Under the pieces are notes generated by a model that worked only from the letters and a program-made list of their open reading frames with translations, was not told the origin of the DNA and searched no databases. 35,263 nt of DNA from Myxococcales bacterium (lineage in GTDB: Bacteria > Myxococcota > Myxococcia > Myxococcales > Anaeromyxobacteraceae): assembly GCA_038320275.1 (NCBI GenBank), contig JBBQEB010000018.1, positions 1-35,263 on the forward strand. The letters run 5' to 3'. How positions within the stretch are numbered: position 1 is the first letter of the stretch; each line of letters opens with the position of its first letter. The position numbers were made by a program, and so were the translations under genes. This document shows, in pieces, positions 1 to 7,199 of the stretch.

Positions 1-1002
1 CTTGGTGGTGAAGAACGGCTCGAACGCGCGCGCGTTCACCTGCGCGTCCATGCCCGCGCCCGTGTCGCTCACCTCCACCACCACCCTCCCTCCAGGCTCG
101 GCACGGGTTGCCACGCGGATCTCGTGCGCGGAGACCTGGCCCTCGGGCACCGCCTGGGCAGCGTTGAGGAGGACGTTCAGGAAAGCCTGGGCCAGCCGTG
201 AGGCGTCACCGGACACCTGGGGCACGCGCCCGTAGGCGCGCACGAGCCGGGCCCGGCCGCGGATCTGGCTCCAGGCCATCCCGAGCGCGGTCTCCAGGAC
301 CTGCTCCACCTCCACCGGTCCGCTGACGCGGTCCTGGGGCCGCGCCAGAGCCCGCAGCTCGGCCATGATGTCGCGCACCCGCTCGGCGCCCTCGCTCGCC
401 TCCGCCACCGCGGTCCGCACGTCGTCGAGCCGGGCCGCGCTGTCCGGCAGCCGTTCGGCGAGCTCCGCGAGCGTGTCGCTCGCGTACTGCAGGTTGGTGA
501 GCAGGAACGCGAGCGGAGAGCTGACCTCCTGGGACACGCCGGCGGCGAGCGCGCCCACCGACACCAGGCGGTCGGTGAGCAGGAGGTGCGCCTCGGCGGG
601 GTGCTGAGTCCCGCGCTCGCGAAGCAGCGCCACCACGTGAGCCGGCTCGCCGCCACGCGACGGCACCGGGCTCGCGACCAGCTCGCGCTCCAGCGGCTCG
701 CCGCCGCCCGACGAGACGCGCACCGGCCCGCTCCAGCGGCGCCCCGCCCGCACCGCCTCGCGCAGCTCGACGCACGCGACGCCCTCGGCGAACGGGGGCA
801 GCCGGCCCACCAGCTCGGGCAGCGCCCGCCCCGTCTCGTGGAGGAAGGCGCGGTTCGCGAACGCGACCGCCCCGCCCCGCTCCAGCACGAGCGCGGGGCT
901 CGCCGCGGCGTCGAGCGCCGCCGCCAGGAGCTCCGCGTCCACTGCGCGGCCGTGGCCCGCCCGCGGCGCGTCGTCGACCGATTGACGCAAGGTGATGTCC
1001 AT
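1..1002 (-). CDS. PAS-domain sensor histidine kinase-like protein, 3'-truncated by the window edge; degenerate H-box
   Basis: Missing from the ORF track because it has no stop in the window; translated by hand from ATG 1002 (G-rich RBS, in-frame TGA just upstream at 1021-1023). MDITLRQ..., PAS-like 'PALVLERGGAVAFANRAFL', 'DRLVSVGALAAGVSQEVSSPL' (H-box position), N-box 'LNVLLNAAQA', G1 'DTGAGM', F-box 'FEPFFTTK'. Confidence 0.9.
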   Translation of the reverse strand, partial: MDITLRQSVDDAPRAGHGRAVDAELLAAALDAAASPALVLERGGAVAFANRAFLHETGRALPELVGRLPPFAEGVACVELREAVRAGRRWSGPVRVSSGGGEPLERELVASPVPSRGGEPAHVVALLRERGTQHPAEAHLLLTDRLVSVGALAAGVSQEVSSPLAFLLTNLQYASDTLAELAERLPDSAARLDDVRTAVAEASEGAERVRDIMAELRALARPQDRVSGPVEVEQVLETALGMAWSQIRGRARLVRAYGRVPQVSGDASRLAQAFLNVLLNAAQAVPEGQVSAHEIRVATRAEPGGRVVVEVSDTGAGMDAQVNARAFEPFFTTK

Positions 1003-1043
1003 GCCGGCGACCCCCCATCTTCATTGGATGCGGAGTGCGCCTC

Positions 1044-1059
1044 TGCGACGGTCATGCCA
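1044..1059 (-). promoter_or_regulatory. Putative sigma54 (-24/-12) promoter of the kinase gene
   Basis: Minus strand reads TGGCATGACCGTCGCA: exact GG-N10-GC spacing, close to TGGCACG-N4-TTGCW, about 40 nt upstream of ATG 1002. Confidence 0.5.
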
Positions 1060-1237
1060 CCGCCGCCGGCCGGCGCTTCACTCGAGCTCTGACGCCGGAA
1101 AGTCGGACGGGGGGCTTATGCGATCACGATAGGGCGGGGCCGACGAGCTCCGTCGCCGGCCGCGGTGCTGTGCGCATGAGCGCCGGTGTGGTGCCGGGGC
1201 AACGCACCTTCAGGGCGGCCGTCTCTACGTATTTTGC

Positions 1238-1265
1238 GTTCAGGGTTCGTTTGTTCAGGTAAGCT
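1238..1265 (+). promoter_or_regulatory. Putative recA promoter with LexA-box-like GTTCAGG repeats and a -10 element
   Basis: GTTCAGG at 1238-1244 and 1253-1259. 1243-1259 matches 14/17 positions of the Myxococcus LexA consensus as I recall it (CTRHAMRYBYGTTCAGS). TAAGCT (TANNNT) abuts at 1260-1265. Confidence 0.45.
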
Positions 1266-1347
1266 CGTCCTCGCTGTCAGGGCCGGGTGCTAGGAGTCTG
1301 CCTGTGCAGAGATCGATGCGGTGCCCGCATCGTCAGGAGGAGCGCGT

Positions 1348-2427
1348 ATGCCCGTTGGACCGGAGAAGGAAAAGGCGATCGAGCTGGCCGTCTCGTCGAT
1401 CGAGAAGGCGTTCGGGAAAGGCTCGATCATGCGCCTCGGCAACGAGGAGGCGATGGTGAAGGACATCCCGGCGGTCTCGACGGGGTCGATCTCCCTCGAC
1501 ATCGCGCTCGGCGTGGGAGGGTTTCCCCGGGGAAGGATCATCGAGATCTACGGCCCGGAGTCGTCGGGGAAGACGACGCTCGCGCTGCACGCCATCGCGG
1601 AGTGCCAGAAGAAGGGCGGAATCGCCGCCTTCGTGGACGCCGAGCATGCGCTCGACGTGGGGTACGCCCGCAAGCTCGGGGTGCGGACGGACGACCTGCT
1701 CATCTCCCAGCCCGATACGGGCGAGCAGGCCCTCGAGATCACCGAAACGCTGGTTCGCTCCGGCGCCATCGACGTCCTCGTCATCGACTCGGTAGCGGCG
1801 CTCGTCCCTCGCGCCGAGCTCGAGGGTGAGATGGGCGACTCGCACATGGGCGTTCAGGCACGCCTCATGAGCCAGGCCCTGCGCAAGCTCACCGGCACCA
1901 TCTCCAAGTCGTCGTCCATCGTCATCTTCATCAACCAGATCCGGATGAAGATCGGCGTGATGTTCGGCAACCCGGAGACGACCACCGGCGGCAACGCCCT
2001 CAAGTTCTACGCCACCCAGCGGCTCGACATCCGGCGCATCGGCGCCATCAAGGACGGCGAGCAGGTCATCGGCAACCGCACCCGGGTGAAGGTGGTGAAG
2101 AACAAGGTCGCTCCGCCCTTCAAGGAGGTCGAGTTCGACGTGATGTACGGGCACGGCATCAGCCGCGAGGGCGACGTGCTCGACCTCGCCGCGGTCGAGA
2201 ACGTCGTCGAGAAGAGCGGGGCCTGGTTCAGCTTCGGAGGGGAGCGCATCGGTCAGGGCCGCGAGCAGGCCAAGACCTTCCTGCGCGAGCACCCCGCCGT
2301 GCTGGCGGACATCGAGGCGCGGCTGCTCGAACGGTTCAAGGTTGCGAAGGCCCCCCCAGTCGCGGTGTCCAACGAGGAGCCGCAGCCCGAGGTGGAGAAG
2401 AAGCCGCGCGTCAAGGCGGTGAGGTAG
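1348..2427 (+). CDS. recA: Recombinase RecA
   Basis: Walker [10 protein letters not shown], '[29 protein letters not shown]', '[11 protein letters not shown]'. ATG 1348 follows AGGAGG at 1335-1340, a better start than GTG 1321. Confidence 0.99.
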   Translation: MPVGPEKEKAIELAVSSIEKAFGKGSIMRLGNEEAMVKDIPAVSTGSISLDIALGVGGFPRGRIIEIYGPESSGKTTLALHAIAECQKKGGIAAFVDAEHALDVGYARKLGVRTDDLLISQPDTGEQALEITETLVRSGAIDVLVIDSVAALVPRAELEGEMGDSHMGVQARLMSQALRKLTGTISKSSSIVIFINQIRMKIGVMFGNPETTTGGNALKFYATQRLDIRRIGAIKDGEQVIGNRTRVKVVKNKVAPPFKEVEFDVMYGHGISREGDVLDLAAVENVVEKSGAWFSFGGERIGQGREQAKTFLREHPAVLADIEARLLERFKVAKAPPVAVSNEEPQPEVEKKPRVKAVR

Positions 2428-2459
2428 CCGCGGCCGACACCCCCCTCGGAATGGAGCGG

Positions 2460-2479
2460 GGCGAGGGAGCCCTCGCCTT
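2460..2479. terminator. Hairpin between convergent genes, possible terminator
   Basis: GGCGAGG-GAGC-CCTCGCC followed by only TT; weak U-tract. Confidence 0.35.
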
Positions 2480-3117
2480 CAGCGCCCCGCCGTCCGGGGA
2501 GGGTCCGCAGCCGCTCGTGCGGCTGCGGGAGCCATCGTCGGACCGGGGTGCGCGTACGGTGCGCTGAGCGCGTCGCGCCGGCGTGCTGCGTCCGCCTCCA
2601 GCTCCTCGAGGGCAGGCCTGAGCTCAGGGGCCTGCGCGAGGGCCGCGCGCATGGAGCCGATGGCCGACTCCAGCCGGCGCAGCCCGCGCTCGTCGCGCTC
2701 GCGCAGGATGTCCACCACGTCGAGGAACTGGGCGAAGAAGAGCTGCAGCTCGTCGCGCTTCCGCAGCGCTCGGCGCGTGGGATATCGCCCGTCGGCGAGT
2801 ACCGTGAGCACCCGTCCCATCACGTACAGCGGACCCGCCACCCGGTGCGTGATGATGAACCCGAAGAAGCCCAGCATCACCGAAGCGAGGAGCGTGATGC
2901 CCGCGAGCACCCACGCGAGCTCGCGGTCGGCGCTCGCCAGGATGCCGCGCTGGGCGGCGTCGAGCGTGAGGCTCGCGAGCGCCTGGCGATGGGCCTGGTA
3001 CGTCCAGGCGCCGAGCAGGGCGGCCAGGATCACGCCCCAGCCCATTAACAGCAGGATGTACTTGAGCTGGAACGAGGGATCGACGAGATAGGTGCGGCGC
3101 TGGTTGGATGCGGCCAT
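2479..3117 (-). CDS. Two-TM membrane protein with HAMP-like linker, no output domain
   Basis: ATG 3117 with GGGGGA RBS; '[14 protein letters not shown]', two hydrophobic helices, 'THRVAGPLY...LRKRDEL' HAMP-like segment, then coiled coil. Confidence 0.75.
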   Translation of the reverse strand: MAASNQRRTYLVDPSFQLKYILLLMGWGVILAALLGAWTYQAHRQALASLTLDAAQRGILASADRELAWVLAGITLLASVMLGFFGFIITHRVAGPLYVMGRVLTVLADGRYPTRRALRKRDELQLFFAQFLDVVDILRERDERGLRRLESAIGSMRAALAQAPELRPALEELEADAARRRDALSAPYAHPGPTMAPAAARAAADPPRTAGR

Positions 3118-3161
3118 GCATTCCCCCGGTGGGGGAGCGATACTAGCCGAACCTTCGTCCC

Positions 3162-4097
3162 ATGCGAGTCGCCTACCTCGGCACACCAGCCTTCGCGGTG
3201 GCACCGCTCGACGCCCTCGCCCGGGCCGGCCATGTCGTCGCGTGCGTGGTGGCGCAGCCCGACCGGCCGGCGGGGCGCGGCCACGAGCTGCGCGTGCCCG
3301 CGACGAAAGCCTGGGCGCTCGCCCACGGCGTCCCCGTGCTCCAGCCCGAGAAGGTTCGTGACGGCAAGCTCGCGGCCGAGCTGCGCGCGCTCGCCCCGGA
3401 AATCCTGGTGGTGGTGGCCTACGGCCGCATCCTGGGCGAGGACCTCCTCCAGCTCGCTCCGCACGGCGCGGTGAACGTCCACGCCTCCCTCCTGCCCAGA
3501 TGGCGCGGCGCCGCGCCCATCCAGTGGGCGGTGGCCGCCGGCGATCCGGAGACGGGGGTCACCATCATGCGCGTGGAGGCGGGTCTCGACACCGGGCCCA
3601 TCCTGCTGCAACGCGTCCTGGCCATCGGGCGGGAGGAGACTGCGGAGGCGCTGCAGGCGCGGCTGTCCGAGGCGGGCGCCGAGGCACTGATGGAGGCGCT
3701 GCCAGCCCTCGCAGCCGGCACGCTCGTCGCCGTGCGCCAGGACGACGGCCAGGCCACCCTGGCGCGCATCCTCGTGAAGGAGGACGGCCGGCTCGACTTC
3801 GCCAGGCCGGCCGGGGAGCTCGCCTGCAGGGTGCGCGGATTCACGCCCTGGCCGGGCGCCTACACCGTGCTCGGCGGCAAGGTGCTCAAGGTGCACGCCG
3901 CGCGCGCGGCTCCCGGCGAGGGCTCGGGCCTTGCCCCCGGCGCGGTGGAGGCCACGGCCGAGGGCCTGCGGGTCGGCTGCGGCGGAGGGAGCGTGCTCCT
4001 CCTTCTCGAGGTCCAGCTCGAAGGGCGGCGGCGGATGGCTGCCTCCGAGCTCGCGAAGGGGCAGCCGCTCGCGCCGGGTCTGGTGCTGGGGGGATGA
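3162..4097 (+). CDS. fmt: Methionyl-tRNA formyltransferase
   Basis: 'YLGTPAFA', 'QPDRPAGRG', 'NVHASLLPRWRGAAPIQ', 'LDTGP'. Confidence 0.98.
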   Translation: MRVAYLGTPAFAVAPLDALARAGHVVACVVAQPDRPAGRGHELRVPATKAWALAHGVPVLQPEKVRDGKLAAELRALAPEILVVVAYGRILGEDLLQLAPHGAVNVHASLLPRWRGAAPIQWAVAAGDPETGVTIMRVEAGLDTGPILLQRVLAIGREETAEALQARLSEAGAEALMEALPALAAGTLVAVRQDDGQATLARILVKEDGRLDFARPAGELACRVRGFTPWPGAYTVLGGKVLKVHAARAAPGEGSGLAPGAVEATAEGLRVGCGGGSVLLLLEVQLEGRRRMAASELAKGQPLAPGLVLGG

Positions 4098-5446
4098 CGG
4101 CTGGCCCCGTCACCGGCCGCGAGCTCGCCTTTGCCGTGCTGCGGCGGGTGGAAGAGGGCGGCGCCTACGCCTCGCGCGCGCTCGACGCCGCGCTGGCCTC
4201 GGCGGGCGCGCTGCCGGCGCGCGAGGCAGGGCTCGCCACCGAGCTCGTCTACGGCTCGCTCCGGCGCGCCCTCGCGCTCGACGCGGCGCTCGCGCCCCAC
4301 GCCCGGCGCCCCATCGGCGAGCTCGACCCTGCCGCGCGGGTCGCGCTGCGGCTCGGGGCCTACGGCATCCTCTTCCTGGCCACGCCCGCCCACGCAGCGG
4401 TGAGCGAGGCCGTGGCGCTCGCGAAGGGGGCGGATCACGGCCGCGCGGCCGGCTTCGTGAACGCGGTGCTGCGCTCCCTGGCGCGACGTCCCTCCCCTGC
4501 CCCCGCTCCCCCGCTCGCCGCGGATCCGGCCGGCCACATCGCCGCGGCCGAGGCGCTTCCCCGCTGGCTCGCCGAGGAGTGGGTGGCGTGGCTGGGAGCG
4601 GCGGAGGCGCTCGCGCTGGCTGCCGCCATGAACGCGCCGGCGCCGCTCACGCTCCGTTCGCCGGCGCCCGCGGAGCTGGTGGCAGCGCTTCGCGGCGCCG
4701 GGCTCGACGCCGCGCCGGCCGCGCGCGCGCCGGAGGGCGTGGTGGTCCGCGGCGCCAGCGTGGCCGCGGTGGCGCGGGCCGCCGGCGGGGCGCCCTTCTC
4801 GGTGCAGGACGAGGCGGCGCAGCTCGTGGTGCTGCACGCCGCCACCGGGCTGCAGGGGAGCGATGCCCGGGTGCTCGACGCCTGTGCGGCGCCGGGCGGG
4901 AAGACCTTCCAGCTCGCGGAGGCGCTCGGCCCGGGGGGTGAGGTGGTGGCTCTGGAGCTCCATCCGCGCAAGGCGGAGGAGCTGCGTCGAGCGGCCGAAC
5001 GCCGCGGTCTCGGCGCCAAGGTGCGCGTCCTGTGCGCCGATGCTTCCCTCCCGGTTCCTGGCCTCGCGCCGGCGAGCTTCGACGCGGTGCTGGTCGACGC
5101 CCCCTGCACCGGCCTCGGGACGCTGCGGCGCCACCCGGAGCTGAAGCTGCGCCGCACCGCCGACGATCCCCGCCGCATGGCGGAATTGCAGCGCCCGATC
5201 CTGGAGGCCTGCCTGGCGCTCGCGAGACCGGGCGCGCCGGTCACCTACTCCGTCTGCTCGCTCACGCGCGCCGAGGGCCCGGAGATCGCCGCCTGGGCGC
5301 TCGCCCGGGGGCACGGCCGGGCGCCTCCTGTGGCGGGAGCGCTCCCTCCCGACGTGCTCACGCCCGAGGGGGATCTCCTCACCCTCCCGCACCGCCATGG
5401 GTGCGACGGCTTCTACGCAGTCCGGCTGATACGCGGGGCGGGGTAG
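4094..5446 (+). CDS. rsmB: 16S rRNA m5C967 methyltransferase (RsmB/Sun)
   Basis: ATGA overlap with the fmt stop; NusB-like N-terminus ('TELVYG', 'FVNAVLR'); 'QDEAAQ', 'DACAAPGGKT', 'DAPCTGLG', 'YSVCS', 'DGFY'. Confidence 0.93.
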   Translation: MTAGPVTGRELAFAVLRRVEEGGAYASRALDAALASAGALPAREAGLATELVYGSLRRALALDAALAPHARRPIGELDPAARVALRLGAYGILFLATPAHAAVSEAVALAKGADHGRAAGFVNAVLRSLARRPSPAPAPPLAADPAGHIAAAEALPRWLAEEWVAWLGAAEALALAAAMNAPAPLTLRSPAPAELVAALRGAGLDAAPAARAPEGVVVRGASVAAVARAAGGAPFSVQDEAAQLVVLHAATGLQGSDARVLDACAAPGGKTFQLAEALGPGGEVVALELHPRKAEELRRAAERRGLGAKVRVLCADASLPVPGLAPASFDAVLVDAPCTGLGTLRRHPELKLRRTADDPRRMAELQRPILEACLALARPGAPVTYSVCSLTRAEGPEIAAWALARGHGRAPPVAGALPPDVLTPEGDLLTLPHRHGCDGFYAVRLIRGAG

Positions 5447-5455
5447 TATCCGGGC

Positions 5456-6124
5456 ATGGCCCTGCCCATTCGCATCGCCCCGTCCATCCTCTCCGCCGAT
5501 TTCGGCCGCCTCGCCGAGGAGGTGCGTGCGGCGGAGGAGGCCGGCGCCGACTGGATCCACGTCGATGTGATGGACGGGCGATTCGTGCCGAACATCACCA
5601 TCGGGCCGGTGGTGGTGGAGGCGGTCCGGCGGGCGACGAAGCTGCCCATCGACGCGCACCTCATGATCGTGGAGCCGGAGAAGTACGTGGAGGCGTTCGC
5701 CAAGGCGGGCGCCGATCTGGTCTGCGTGCACGCGGAGGTGTCGCCGCACCTCCACCGCACCCTGCAGGCCATCCGGGCGGCGGGAGCCCGGCCGGCCGTG
5801 GCGCTCGATCCTTCCACGGGTCCCGAGGCGGTGGAGTGGGTGCTCGACGACTGCGCGATGGTGCTCGTGATGACCGTGAACCCGGGCTTCGGCGGGCAGC
5901 GCTTCATCCCTGCCTGCATCGAGAAGGTGCGCCGGCTGCGCGCGATGGCCGACGCGCGCGGCCTGCCGCTCGAGATCCAGGTGGACGGAGGGATCAAGCC
6001 GGACAGCATCGGCGCGGTGGCGAGGGCCGGAGCGAACGTCTTCGTGGCAGGAACGGCGGTCTTCGGCGCGGGCGACTACCGCGCGGCCATCTCGGCGCTG
6101 CGCGCGAGCGCCGCGGCGGGGTGA
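5456..6124 (+). CDS. rpe: Ribulose-phosphate 3-epimerase
   Basis: 'IAPSILSADF', 'HVDVMDGRFVPN', 'MTVNPGFGGQ', 'VDGG'. Confidence 0.98.
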   Translation: MALPIRIAPSILSADFGRLAEEVRAAEEAGADWIHVDVMDGRFVPNITIGPVVVEAVRRATKLPIDAHLMIVEPEKYVEAFAKAGADLVCVHAEVSPHLHRTLQAIRAAGARPAVALDPSTGPEAVEWVLDDCAMVLVMTVNPGFGGQRFIPACIEKVRRLRAMADARGLPLEIQVDGGIKPDSIGAVARAGANVFVAGTAVFGAGDYRAAISALRASAAAG

Positions 6125-6549
6125 GCTCGAGGCGACGGACCCGCCGCCCCGGGCGCGAGCCGCTCGATCCGAACCCGCGCCACACCGCGGCTCACCATGC
6201 CGAGCGATCGCGCGGCGGCGAGCGAGAGGTCGACGATGCGCCCGCGCACGAACGGGCCGCGATCGGTGACCTTCACCACCACGCTGCGGCCGCTGTCGAG
6301 GTCGATAACGCGCAGCATGGTGCCGAAGGGCAGGGTCCGGTGCGCGCAGGTCATGCCTTCCGCGTGGTAGGGCGCTCCGCTGGCGGTGCGGTGGCCCTCG
6401 TGCTGCTGGGCGTAGAAGCTCGCCATGCCCTCCTGCGCCCCGCCCGCGCCGGGTGAACGCCCCTCCTCGCGGGCCGGCTCTCGCCTGCCGTGCGCGCAGC
6501 CGGCGGCCGAGGCCAGTGCGAGGAGCGCGGCGCAAGCCCGGAAGCTCAG
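6076..6549 (-). CDS. rlpA: RlpA-family (DPBB) lytic transglycosylase lipoprotein, no SPOR domain; probable CTG start
   Basis: 'GMASFY...TASG...AHRTLPFGT...DRGPF...IVDLS'. The frame is open upstream of ATG 6426 and encodes a lipoprotein signal 'SFRACAALLALASAAGC'. The 3' end overlaps rpe by 49 nt. Confidence 0.85.
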   Translation of the reverse strand: MSFRACAALLALASAAGCAHGRREPAREEGRSPGAGGAQEGMASFYAQQHEGHRTASGAPYHAEGMTCAHRTLPFGTMLRVIDLDSGRSVVVKVTDRGPFVRGRIVDLSLAAARSLGMVSRGVARVRIERLAPGAAGPSPRAHPAAALARSAEMAAR

Positions 6550-7199
6550 AGCGGCGCTCCCCTGCCGCCCGGGAAGGCCCGGCGGATCTCGGGATGTTGC
6601 GCGAGCGCCTGCAGGGCCTCTTCGAGCAGCGTCCTGCCCGGCTCGACCTTGAACCAGGTAGAGGCGCCGCTCGGGTGGGGGAGGCAGATCACGTCCATGT
6701 CCTGGCCATGGAGGTGTGCACGGAGCCTGCGTCCGACCACCGCCGCGATGGGTCCGGTGTGACCGAGGGCCTCGGCGATGGCGAGCCGCCCCACGGGGAG
6801 GAGGAGCCGAGGGCGCAGGGCGGCCAGCTCGGCTTCGATGAAGGGGCGCGAGGCCAGGACCTCCTCCGCGGAGGGGACGCGGTCGCCCCCGCCCTTCGTC
6901 TTTCCGGGAAAGCAGCGCACCACCGCGGCGATGTAGACCCGGGCCCGGAACGCCTCCTCGGTCGCGCCGAAAGCCCGTTCAAACCACGAGAAGAGCGTCT
7001 TGCCGGCCGTCCAGGCGAACGGCCGCCCGAACCTCGCCTCGTGCGGCCCGGGCGCCTGTCCCAAGAGGAAGATGCGGCTCGGCACGGGAGGCCCGTGCAC
7101 CGGCGGCCCCGCGAACCCCGGTAGCCGGAGCGCGCGGATGTCCTCGTGCACGCGCTCCAGAGCGGCGACGACCTCAGCCTTCGAGCGTCGCGGGCTCAC
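6546..7199 (-). CDS. Uracil-DNA glycosylase superfamily protein
   Basis: GTG 7199 in a GTGA overlap with the upstream stop; 'LLGQAPG', 'PFAWTAGKTL', 'RCFPGK...GD', 'LPHPSG'. Confidence 0.88.
   Translation of the reverse strand: MSPRRSKAEVVAALERVHEDIRALRLPGFAGPPVHGPPVPSRIFLLGQAPGPHEARFGRPFAWTAGKTLFSWFERAFGATEEAFRARVYIAAVVRCFPGKTKGGGDRVPSAEEVLASRPFIEAELAALRPRLLLPVGRLAIAEALGHTGPIAAVVGRRLRAHLHGQDMDVICLPHPSGASTWFKVEPGRTLLEEALQALAQHPEIRRAFPGGRGAPL

Noticed and set aside
177..1092. ORF-track calls at the left edge (177-1055, 206-1024, 586-1092)
   Set aside because: Shadow frames; the real gene is the kinase in the minus frame that has no stop in the window.
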